Assembly: GCF_004010195.1 (NCBI RefSeq)
Contig: NC_057719.1
Span: 89,597,620 to 89,642,650, forward strand
Source: Chiloscyllium plagiosum
Lineage: Eukaryota
Length of the DNA stretch: 45,031 nt
Direction: 5' to 3'
A program made the position numbers and the translations under genes. The stretch's first letter is position 1. Every line of letters starts with the position of its first letter. The notes below the pieces were generated by a model that had not been told where the DNA came from, ran no database searches, and worked only from the letters and a program-made list of their open reading frames with translations. Positions 12,460-23,737 of this stretch are shown here, one piece after another.

Positions 12460-12836
12460 CGACTGTCTGTGTGGAATTTGCATGTTCTCCCCGTGTCTGC
12501 ATGGGTTTCTGCTGGGTGTTCTGGTTTCCTTCCACAGTCCAAAAATATGCAAGTTAGGTGGATTGGCCATTCTAAGTACCCATAGAGTTCTGATGTGGAT
12601 GTGGAGATTCAGTGCATTAGCTATGGGAAATGCAAGGTTACTGGAATACCATATTGGGATGGGTCTGGTTGGGATGTGGTTCAGAGAGTTGGTGTGGACT
12701 TGTAGGGCCGAATGGCCTGTTTCCACAGTCTGGAAATTCTGTAAACAAAAATATTTGCATAAGGAGAAAAACTAGAACAGGTTTAAGTATTTTTGGTAGC
12801 ATGATACCCACACCTTAAATTTATTACAAGCAAACA
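12460..12836 (+). repeat. 377-bp inverted duplicate of 11401-11777 (SINE part plus flanking RTE sequence)
   Basis: Reverse complement matches 11401-11777 with about 5 substitutions by eye, including ~95 bp of non-SINE flank. Confidence 0.92.
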
Positions 12837-14046
12837 GACCATCTCCCATGTAATTCTACATCTTTCCACTCACTTGGCGGGAATTCTCACCACAGTCTTT
12901 GATGCATGGGCAATCAGATTAAATTGTACAAAATGTCAGAGTATCAGCATACTTCAAGTTTCTTCCTCAGGTTGATCATTGTTGTTAGCATAAATTCCTC
13001 TAGCAATTCTCCTGATCAGCAAATATCTTTGCACAACTTAATAAACATTGATGCTGCATTCTTTCTGATGTTTTTACATGAATCTTGTCAGTAATCCTGT
13101 TTATTGCTGCTCTCCTCTCATGCAGAAGCATCGTTGGCCCAATTAAATTGATGTTAACGTTACTCTTTGTCATCTCAAATCACTTCAGTTTTTTTTGCAT
13201 TTAGCTCTACAAAATGCTTCTTCCATCTTTTTTTCTCATTTTAGCAGGATTTCTTAATAACAGCTCCCTTTCCTTTTGAGAGTTTTCAGTTCTTTATGCT
13301 AGGTGCCACTCAATGACTTTGATTTTGCAGATGTAACATCCACTCTTCCCAACCAATCCAATTCCTCAAGTGTCATCCCACTACTCTTAACCACTATTTT
13401 CATTTTTTTTGTTTCTCCGCCTAACTCTTTACTTGGATGTCTGCAATTCAGCTTACATTCTTCTGCGGATAATCCAGAAACTCTGTCCCCATCAAAAAGT
13501 GTATAAATCTGTCTCTGCAAATGGTTTCATCTACCAATCTGGCCAAAAGCAGGAGCATTATTTAAACTATTTATTGTCAATCTTCAACTTCAATGGTTGA
13601 AGGCTCACTGGACAGCTACTTAAAGAGCTTGTACTCATAGCAAATTCCTTGTTATAGGAGATAACTAAACAAAGCCAAATTAAAGAAAAAACAATCTGTG
13701 TTAAGGCCAATGCCTGACAGTAACTCAGAAAATCAGGACACATTGAAAATATCAGAACCAGGTCTAGGCAAATAAGCCATGCAAACTAACAGAGAAGATT
13801 TGTGAATTATATTTTCAAGGGTCAACAATATATTTATTGTTGGTCACTTGAATATATATTTGCATGGATACTTTCTCCCTCACGACTAAACTAGGCAAAA
13901 ATTCACCCTGCTGCAGGGAATATGATTTCCTCAGCCTCTGGTGCTTCACTTTCCACTATTGAAGATGCATGCATGGGCGAGATTGCAGAATAGTTGAGTG
14001 CTCCACATATAGATTCAATGCTTATGTTTAAACAAAGCTTAATGTT

Positions 14047-14352
14047 TTTGGGGAGTCCAGAACTAGAGGGCATAGGTTTAGGGTGAGGGGGGAAAAGATA
14101 TAAAAGAGACCTAAGGGGCAACTTTTTCACGCAGAGGATGGTATGTGTATGGAATGAGCTGTCAGAGGATGTGGTGGAGGCTGGTACAATTGTAACATTT
14201 AAGAGGCCTTTGGATGGGTATATGAATAGGAAGGGTTTGGAGGGATATGTACCGGGTGCTGGCAGGTGGGACTAGATTGGGTTGGGATATCTGGTCGGCA
14301 TGGACGGGTTGGACCGAAGGGTCTATTTCCATGCTGTACATCTCTATGACTC
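14047..14352 (+). mobile_element. CR1 LINE 3' fragment
   Basis: tccagaactagagggcataggtttagggtg...gctgtacatctctatgactc is a CR1 3' terminus. Confidence 0.85.
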
Positions 14353-15534
14353 GATGTGCAAAATAAAAAGATTTGCCCACCTGGATTAAGACAAATCCAT
14401 CACAAAGAATAGCCACAATAATTCACAAAATTAAAAAAAATCCCAAATGGATTTGTGATGAGAAGACCATATCTAAACACAGAGTTATATGTCTTGAAGA
14501 GATCACCAGCTTGGTGGATGGGATGGTGTTGACATAAATTGTTGAAATGGAGTTGCAAAATCAGAGATAATCATGTGACACAATGAAGTAAATGTTTAGA
14601 AAGGGCAAGGGAAATTATGGATATATGTTTTGGGGGCATGTGACCAGCACTCCCCGTGGCTCTGGAAAGGGATAATAACTTTTTACCCAAACCATCAATG
14701 AAGGTTGTACATCCTCAAGCCAACTGCAAACTTGGAGACACAATAGGCATTAATAAACAAACAAGCGAGGAGGCAAATCATAGAACATAGAACATTCCAG
14801 CGCAGTACAGGCCCTTCAGCCCTCGATGTTGCAATGACCTATGAAACCAATCTGAAACCCATTTAACCTACACTATTCCATATGTTTATCCAATGACCAT
14901 TTAAATGCCCTTAAAGTTGACAAGTCTACTACTGTTGCAGGCAGGGCGTTCCACACCCTTACTACACTCCGAGATCTGTCCTACATCTATCACACTTCAA
15001 TTTAAAGCTATGTCCCCTCGTGCTCGCCATCACCATCCAAAGAAAAAGGCTCTCCCTGTCCACCCTATCTAACCCTCTGATTATCTTGTATATCACAATT
15101 AAGTCACCTCTCAACCTTTTTGTCTCCCATGAAAACAGCCTCAAATACCTCCTCCTTTCCTCTTAAGAACTTCTCTCCACACCAGACAACATTGTCGTAA
15201 ATCTGCTCTGAACCCTTTAAAAAGCTTCCACACCCTTTCTATAATGCAGTGACCAGAACTGTATGCAATACTCCAAGTGCGGCCGCACCAGCGTTTTGTA
15301 CAGCTGCAATATGACCTCTTGGCTCTGAAACTCAATCCCTCCAGCAATAAAAGCTAACACACCATATGCCTTCTTAATAACTCTTTCAACCTGGGTGGCA
15401 ACTTTCAGGGATCTATATACATGGACACCAAGATTTCTCTGCTCATCTACACCACCAAGAATCTTACCATTAGACCAGTACACTTTATTGCTGTTGCTCC
15501 TTCCAATGTAAATTACCTCACACTTTTCCGCATT

Positions 15535-15840
15535 AGCACGGCACAGTGGCTTAGTGGTTAGCACTGCAGCCTCAAAGCACCAGAGTCCCAGGTTCGATTC
15601 CAGCCTTGGGATGACTGTCTGAGAGGAGTTTGCACATTCTCCCTGCGTCTGCGTGGGTTTCCTCCTACAGTCCAAAGATGTGCAGGTCAGGTGGATTGGC
15701 CAGGCTAAATTGCCCATAGTGCCAGGTGCTTAGTCAGAGGGAAATGGGTCTGGGTGGGTTACTCTTCGGAAGTTTGGTGTGGACTTGTTGGGCCAAAGGG
15801 CTTGTTTCCACACTGTAGGGAATCTATATAATCTATCTAC
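15535..15840 (+). mobile_element. HE1-like V-SINE nested in CR1
   Basis: gcacggcacagtggcttagtggttagcactgc head, V-domain and ccacactgtagggaatct tail. It interrupts the CR1 RT sequence. Confidence 0.85.
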
Positions 15841-16412
15841 CTAAACTCCATTTGCCACCTCTCAGCCCAACTCCGCAGCTTATCAATGTCCCTGCAACAT
15901 CCTTCGGCACTGTCCACAACTCCACTGACCTTAGTGTCATCCGCAGATTTACTAACCCATCCTTCTACACCCTCATCCAGGTCCAAAACAGATCCCTGCA
16001 GTACACCACTAGGAACTGAACTCCGGGATGAATATTTCCCATCAACCACCACTCTGTCTTCTTTCAGCTAGCCAATTTCTGATCCATACAGCAAATTCTC
16101 CCTCAATCCCATGCTTCCATATTTTGTGCAATAGCCTCCCATGGGGAACCTTATCAAACACCTTACTGAAATCCATATGCACCACATGAACCACTTTACC
16201 CCCATCTACCTGTTTGGTCACCTTCTCAAAAACTTAATAAGGTTTGTGACACATGACCTATGCTTCACAAAACAGTGTTGACTCTATCCCTACTAAAAGT
16301 ACTTCTTTCTCTATGATTATAAAACCTATCCTCTTATAACCTTTTCCAACACTTTACCCACAACCGACGTAAGGCTCACTGGTCTATAATTACCAGGGTT
16401 GTCTCTATTCCA

Positions 16413-17978
16413 CATAGAACATAGAACATAGAAGAATACAGCGCAGTACAGGCCCTTTGGCCCTCGATGTTGCGCCGATCCAAGCCCACCTAACCTATAC
16501 TAACCCACTATCCTCCATATACCTATCCAATGCCCGCTTAAATGCCCATAAAGAGGGAGAGTCCACCACTGCTACTGGCAGGGCATTCCATGAACTTACG
16601 ACTCGCTGAGTGAAGAACCTAACNNNNNNNNNNNNNNNNNNNNNNNNNNNNNNNNNNNNNNNNNNNNNNNNNNNNNNNNNNNNNNNNNNNNNNNNNNNNN
16701 NNNNNNNNNNNNNNNNNNNNNNNNNNNNNNNNNNNNNNNNNNNNNNNNNNNNNNNNNNNNNNNNNNNNNNNNNNNNNNNNNNNNNNNNNNNNNNNNNNNN
16801 NNNNNNNNNNNNNNNNNNNNNNNNNNNNNNNNNNNNNNNNNNNNNNNNNNNNNNNNNNNNNNNNNNNNNNNNNNNNNNNNNNNNNNNNNNNNNNNNNNNN
16901 NNNNNNNNNNNNNNNNNNNNNNNNNNNNNNNNNNNNNNNNNNNNNNNNNNNNNNNNNNNNNNNNNNNNNNNNNNNNNNNNNNNNNNNNNNNNNNNNNNNN
17001 NNNNNNNNNNNNNNNNNNNNNNNNNNNNNNNNNNNNNNNNNNNNNNNNNNNNNNNNNNNNNNNNNNNNNNNNNNNNNNNNNNNNNNNNNNNNNNNNNNNN
17101 NNNNNNNNNNNNNNNNNNNNNNNNNNNNNNNNNNNNNNNNNNNNNNNNNNNNNNNNNNNNNNNNNNNNNNNNNNNNNNNNNNNNNNNNNNNNNNNNNNNN
17201 NNNNNNNNNNNNNNNNNNNNNNNNNNNNNNNNNNNNNNNNNNNNNNNNNNNNNNNNNNNNNNNNNNNNNNNNNNNNNNNNNNNNNNNNNNNNNNNNNNNN
17301 NNNNNNNNNNNNNNNNNNNNNNNNNNNNNNNNNNNNNNNNNNNNNNNNNNNNNNNNNNNNNNNNNNNNNNNNNNNNNCATCAACCTCCTTTGTCACCTTT
17401 TCAAAGAATTCAATAAGGTTTGTGAGGCATGACTTGCCCTTCACAAAACCATGCTGACTATCCTTGATCACATTATTCCTATCTAGATGTGCATAAATCC
17501 TATCCCTTACAATTCTCTCTAAGACTTTGCCCACAACAGAAGTGAGACTCACCGGCCTATAGTTACTAGGGTTATCCCTACTCCCCTTTTTGAACAAGGG
17601 AACCACATTTGCTATCCTCCAGTCTTCTGGCACTACTCCTGTAGACAAAGAGGACATAAAAATCAAGGCCAATGGCTCTGCAATCTCTTCCCTTGCTTCC
17701 CAGAGAATCCTAGGATAAATGCCATCAGGCCCAGGGGACTTATCTATTTTCACCTTTTCCAGGATTTCCAACACCTCTTCTCTACATACCTCAAAGCCAT
17801 CCATTCTACTTATTTGTGACTCAGTATTCGCATCGACGACAATGCCCTGTTCCTGAGTAAATACTGAAGAAAAGTATTCATTCAGTGTCTCCCCAATCTC
17901 TTCCGCCTCCACACGCAACTTCCCACTACTATCCTTGACTGGACCTATTCCTACCCTAGTCATTCTTTTATTCCTAAA
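16413..17978 (-). mobile_element. Younger 5'-truncated CR1 nested in an older CR1; spans the assembly gap
   Basis: Uninterrupted RT ORF (KSPGPDGIYPRIL...NYRPVSLTSVVGKVLE...KSCLTNLIEFFE) up to the gap. 3' UTR and tail at 16413-16623. Confidence 0.85.
16624..17377. other. Assembly gap (N run)
   Basis: Run of n characters. Confidence 1.
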
Positions 17979-20959
17979 ACATCTTGAACCAAGGGACATT
18001 TGCTGTCCTCCAGTCTTTCTACATGAATAGTGTCAGATATGATGACATAAAGATCAAAATCAAAGGCTCTGCAATCTCCTCCCTGGCTTCCCAGAGAATG
18101 AATCAGAGGATAAATCACATCCGGTAGAGGGGGCTTATCTATTTTCACATTTCCAGAATTGCTAACACCTCCTCCTTATGCATTTCAATCCCATCTAGTC
18201 TAGCAGCCTGTATCTTAGTATTCTCCTCTACAACATTGTCTTTTTCCAGTGTGAATACTGATGAAAAATATTCATTTGGCGCTTCTCTTATCTCCTCGGA
18301 CTCCACGCACAAGTTCCCACTACTATCCGTGATTGGCCCTAATCTTACTCTAGTCATTCTTTTATTCCTGCCATACCTACAGAAAGCTTTAGGGTTTTTC
18401 TTGATCCTACCTGCCAAAGATTTCTCATGTCCCCTCCTGGCTCTTCTTAGCTCTCTCTTTAGGTCTTTCCTGGCTAACTTTTAACTCTCAAGTGCTCTAA
18501 CTGAGCCTTTACATCTCATAGTAACATAAGCGTTCTTCCTCCTCTTGACAAGAGATTCAACTTCTTTAGTAAACCACGGCCTTCTCGTTCGACCACTTCC
18601 TCCCTGCCTGACAGGTACGTACTGATAAGGACACGCAGTAGCTGTTCTTTGAATAAGCTCCACATTTCAATTGTGCCCAATCCTTCCTCATTCTAAATCC
18701 TGCCCAATCACATCATAATTGCCTTTTCCCCAGTTATAACTCTTGCCCCGCAGAATATACCTTTCCCTTTCCATCAGTAAAGTGAACATAATGGAATTGC
18801 ACTATCAACAAAGTGCTCACCTACCTCCAAATCTAACACTTGGCCAGGTTCATTACCCAGTACCAAATCCAACGTGGCCTCGCCCCTTGTTGGCCTGTCT
18901 AAATGCTGTATCAGAAAACTCTCCTGCACATATTGGACAAAATCTGACCCATCTAAAATACTCGAACTATAGTACTTCCAGTCAATATTTGGGAAGTTAA
19001 ACACCTCATTATTATCTTTGCTTTGCTTTGCTCTACTCTTTGGAACTATTCGGAGGCTGATAGAAAACTCCCAATAGGGTGATCTCTCCTTTCCTGTTTC
19101 TAAACTCAGCCCATACTACCTCAGTAGACAAGTCCTCAAATGTCCTTTCTGCAACCGTATTACTGTCCTTGATTGACAATGCCACACCATCCCTCTTTTA
19201 CCATCTTAACTGTTCTTACAGGAAACATCTAAATCCATGCAGCAACCATTCATGTCCCTGCTTTATTCATGTCTCTAAAATGGTCACAACATCGAAATCC
19301 CAGGTACCAACCCATGCTGCAAGTTCAGCCACCTTATTCCGGATGCTCCTGGTATTGAAGTAGACACACTTCAAACCACCTTCCTGCTTGTTGGTGCACT
19401 CTTGCTACCTTGAAACCTTATTTCTGATCTCACTACTCTCAAACTCCTGGAAACTGCAATTTAGGTTCCCATCCCCCTGCTGAATTAGTTGAAACCCTCC
19501 TGAAGAGTATTAGCAAATTTCACTCCCTCCCCCCCCCGCAGGATATTGGTACCCCCTCTGGTTCCAGTGTAGAGCATCCTGTTTGTAGAGGTCCCACCTA
19601 CCCTAGAATGAGCCCCAATTATCCAGAAATCCAAAATCCTCCCTCCTGCACCATCGCTGTAGCCACATGTTCAACTCCTCTCTCTCCCTATTCCTCACCT
19701 CACTAGCACGTGATATGGGTAAGAATCCAGAGATAACAACTCTGTTCGTTTTACTCTAAGCTTCCACCCTAGCCCCCTGAACTTCTGCCTTAAATCCCCA
19801 TCTCTCTCCCTACCTATGTCATTGGTACCTATGTGCACCATGATTTGGGGCTGCTACCCCTCCCCCCAAGGATCCCGAAAACACGATCCAAGAAATCATA
19901 AACTCTGACGCCTGGGAAGCAACAAACCAACCGTGAGTCTCTCTCGTTCCCACAGAACCTCCTATCTGTCCCCCTAACTATGTAATCCCCAACCACTAAT
20001 GCTCTGCTCCTCTCCTCCTCTTTCCCTTCTGAGCAACAGGAACAGACCCTGTGCCAGAGATCTGTACCCCACACGGCTTACCCTTAGTAGGTCAATCCCC
20101 CGCAACAGTATCCAAAACAGTATAATTGTTATTGAGGGGAACTGCCACAGGGGATCCCTGCACTATCCGCTGGTTCCCTTTCCGTCCCCGACTCTAACCC
20201 ATCTGCCTCCTTGTACCTGAAGTGACTACCTCCCTGTAACTCCTCTCAGTAACCCCCTCCCCCTCCTGAATGATCTGAATTTCATCGGCTCCAGCTCCCT
20301 CACATGGTTATTGAGGTTGGGTGTACTTCCCGCAGATGAAGTCAGCAGGGACACTACTGGTGACCTTTAACTCCCACATTCTGCAGAAAGAACATTCAAC
20401 TGCCCTAACCTCCATTCCCCCTATTCTAAATTCCCAAAGAGACTTACCAATGCGACACACAGAACTCTTTTTTTTGGTTAGAGGTGAAGGACGGGTGGGA
20501 TACACTACTTAAGTAGCGTTTAAGGTAACACAACCACCCAAATATGCTACTTCACTTACTCAGCAGTCCCGTGTCCACTCCTGCTCAGTGTGCACTCCGC
20601 CTATTCATGAGGCAAGTTTTTAGAGCAGTCACTTACCTTCCTTTCAGGTTGTGTAAGTGGGCGAAGGAAGCTACATATAATTTGAATGCTACTGAAATAC
20701 TCTTTAAAAACATTTCTGTAATTTTAAATACAATTGTACTTCCTTGTTGAAGCAAAGTGCAACGTTTCTAACTAAGGAAACAATATTGTGAGAAGACTCG
20801 CAAGGCAAACAAACTCAACAGTCACAAAACTGCGGGAGTTAACACATTCTCTGTTGGTGGCAGATGGATTAATTTCATGGCCATTGCTGGAGAGCGGATC
20901 AGTAAATTGTGTTATTAAATCAGAAGACATTAACCAGCCCAAAATATCGTCAAGGATAC

Positions 20960-21009
20960 AAGACATGAGAATCACGGCCGTTCAGAGACGCCCAGCAAGC
21001 TGCAGTCCC
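20960..21009 (-). CDS. dcaf4: DCAF4 coding exon: GTAACWASLNGRDSHV(L)
   Basis: aattttgcag|GGGACT...CATGTCTT|gtatcctt. 50 bp, phase 0/2. Matches recalled human VNSVCWASLNHLDSHIL. The donor is U12-type. Confidence 0.92.
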
Positions 21010-21669
21010 CTGCAAAATTAGCAAGAATTAGCAACAGTTAGAAAAGTCTATTATTTTACTAAAACACCTTCCACAACACAAATTAAAAGTGTAACATACT
21101 ATTTACTATCAGAGTAGATGAGATCAAATAATCACAACACTTGTCACCATTTTTGTTGTACTGCATCACCTCCAGCTACAGGGGATCATCAATAACATAA
21201 AACAATCCCATACAAACTTAATTTGCTGAGATGGATGATTGTTCTTTAACAAACTCAAAATGATCAAACTACTTATTTCATTCGAGATGGCAACAGAAGT
21301 GTTTGGGACAAATTGCAGACCTCCGAGCAAGATGATATCCAACAGCTTTAGACCATGGCTGAGATAAACCAGACCAGTAAGGGATCAAGGAGATTCTACT
21401 TACCAGAAATTAAGTAGGACAATAATGTTTTATTTTCAATGACCCAAATGAAGGAGGGGGAGAAGCTTTTCACCAAGAGTGCTGAGAGCACTGGGGTAAT
21501 ACAATGAGATTGTGAAGGAAGTTAAAAATCAATTCGGGAGAACAGTGGCAGGATATGTCAGGTTAACCACTGTAAACATTCAATCCATCCAAGTATTATT
21601 CTAGGGGGTGAGAAGGCGTTAAAATTTCAACAAACCAACTACAACACTCACTAAAAACAGTGATAACAT

Positions 21670-22460
21670 TTCATACAGGTTCAGCAAGCAATCTGGAAGG
21701 CAAATGGTATATCACAACAGAATTTGAATATAGGAGCAAAGAAATCTTGCTCCACTTGTACAAAAAAAACTGTTGAGACAGTACCTGGGTATATTGTGTG
21801 CAGTTTTGGCTCCTTGTCTAATGAAGGATAAACCTCACAAAGAGAATGCAGCGGATATTCACCAGATTCTTGGGATTGTGGGAAAGATTGCAAAATGTAT
21901 GTCTGTATTCTCTGGAGTTTCAAAGAATGTGAGGCGATCTCACAAAACAAAAACTCTTAAGGGCATGGCAGATGAATGCAGAAAGGGCAATGGGAATGTT
22001 CTAGAGCCAGGGTACAGTCTCACAATGAGGGGCAAACAATTTTAGACTGAGGTGAGACCTTTTCCTAGGGTCAAGGAATCGAGAACAAGAGGGGTTTAAG
22101 GTTAGAGGGGAAAGAATAAAAGGGAAACTGAGGGGCAACTTTTTTTACACAGAGGATGGTACACATATGGAATGAGCTGCCAGCGCAAGTTGTTGAGGCG
22201 GGTACATTAATAACATTTAAAGGGCATTTGGATAGCAAAGAATTAGAAGGATATGGGCCGAATGCAGTAAAATGGGGATAGCAACGCACAGACATTTTGA
22301 TCAGCATGAACCAGTTTGGGCCAAAGGGCCTGTCTCCTTGCTGTAGGACTCTATGAGGAGGACTTCTTTCACTCAGAGGGTGGTGAATCTTTGGAATTCT
22401 CTACCTCAGAGGAATATGGAGGTTATGTCACTGAGTATGTTCAAGACAGAGATCAATAGA
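21670..22460 (+). mobile_element. Old CR1 3' fragment with a second CR1 3' end nested at ~22065-22354
   Basis: Two CR1 3' termini. The outer copy resumes at gaggaggacttctttcactcagaggg after the ctctatg tail of the inner copy. Confidence 0.7.
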
Positions 22461-23522
22461 TTTCAAAATATTAATGACATGTATCTCCAAGATGGCAGTG
22501 AAGTGGGACTCAGGAACTGGATTTCATCTACTCTGTCTGTTTCTTTTCTTTATCTCTTTTTTTCCCTTTTGACCTCCTGTCCTGAGGTGGCATTGGCAAG
22601 AGTGAAAACCAGCATGGACTCAAGAGTGGACTGGACTACCAACCTCGAGGTAAAGCCCAGCTTGGTCTAGATTGGAAGGACTGCTATACTGAACTCTTAT
22701 TCCTCTATTTTTCCGATATATTGCCGGACATTTAACTTCTTTGTTTTTCTAACTTTTTCTCCCTAAGAATCTGTGCCTAGATACCTTGGTACTTATAATG
22801 GCACTGTAACTGGCAACTTGTCAACTTCTCACTGTTCTCATGTGAATACATGTGACAATAAAGCTAATTCTAACTCTGATCAAGAAATTTGGATTGTGCA
22901 GGAATATGGCATTAAGGTCAATGATCAGCCATATTCTGGAACAGCAGAGTAGATTCAAGGGGCTGAATGGCCTACACGTTCTGAGCTACAAAATAATCAA
23001 AAAGTTTAGTCCTCATCTAGAATACATAGTGCTGTTACAAACTTTGGGAGTTCTGGTTAAATTCCATCTAGAACACTATTAAACTCCAGAAATCACAAAT
23101 CCACAAGAATGATCAGAGAATCAACACATTCTGGATGTCAGGTCTAAAAAGATTAAATTATGAGGATAGATTGGATATTGAGGATGATTGGAGGATTTGA
23201 TGGGGTAGATAAAGAGAAACGGTTTTCAATAAGGGGGGGTGGTTAATCATAGAATGTGAGTTAGATAAATCAGGAGTATTTCTAGCTAATTCCTGTTTAT
23301 AATCTCAGATTTTCAAAACCTGCCATATCTTGCTTTGGCGTTGATAACTTTTTGTTTGGAAAATGAAGGGTTACAGAACGAAGGTTGGTGGTTGAATAGT
23401 TCAGGACTAATCCATCTGAATAGCAGAACAGCATCAAGGGAACTTAATGGTCTTCGAGAGTACAAAGAGAGAGAAAGGGGATTGCTGAAGGTAATGAACA
23501 GGGCTTTCTGCCACAAAAGTGT

Positions 23523-23737
23523 GTCCCAATGATCATTGGGAGCAATTATCTATGATACAGTGGGGAAAATGTGTAAAAGGTTAACGATTGGAAAGAATCC
23601 CCGTGTCTGCGTGGGTTTCCTCCGGGTGCTCCGGTTTCCTCCCACAGTCCAAAGATGGTCCCAATGATCATTGGGAGCAATTATCTATGATACAGTGGGG
23701 AAAATGTGTAAAAGGTTAACGATTGGGAAGAATCCCC
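23523..23737 (+). repeat. 80-bp direct duplication flanking a 55-bp internal V-SINE fragment
   Basis: 23523-23602 and 23658-23737 differ at 1 base. The insert gtgtctgcgtgggtttcctccgggtgctccggtttcctcccacagtccaaagatg is SINE V-domain sequence. Confidence 0.9.

Larger units (their letters stand above)
11140..13620 (-). mobile_element. Degraded RTE-clade LINE (RT and C-terminus), interrupted by a SINE and an inverted duplication
   Basis: Minus-strand remnants FVDFGK, QGYGLSLTLFNVRTEALIKEMF, SVALANDKA (decayed FADD), MKVNIDK and AFKMYVGKRMERIVWAERVRNAE resemble RTE RT motifs. The 5' boundary is uncertain. Confidence 0.7.
14779..20645 (-). mobile_element. Near full-length degraded CR1 (HER1-like) LINE, sense to dcaf4, with nested insertions
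   Basis: 3' tail catagaacatagaac at 14779. RT, endonuclease (FNFPNIDW...DLVLGNEPGQV), ORF1 esterase (ALVVGDYIVRGTDRRFCG) and zinc finger (VECSFCRMWE) occur in order. 5' UTR extends to ~20645. Confidence 0.88.
6511..20959 (-). other. U12-type (minor spliceosome) GT-AG intron of dcaf4, ~14.4 kb
   Basis: 5' site GTATCCTT at 20959-20952. Branch-site TTCCTTAAAC at 6533-6524, ending 13 nt before the exon. No polypyrimidine tract. Flanking exons join in frame at phase 2. Confidence 0.88.

Noticed and set aside
11419..12818. Paired identical small ORFs on opposite strands
   Set aside because: They result from the inverted duplication of SINE sequence and are not genes.
15535..15610. tRNA gene
   Set aside because: It is the tRNA-derived head of an HE1-like SINE, followed by V-domain and LINE tail, with no complete cloverleaf.
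16596..17999. 467-aa and other long ORFs across 16.6-17.4 kb
   Set aside because: Their length is an artefact of the N run. The real part is CR1 RT.
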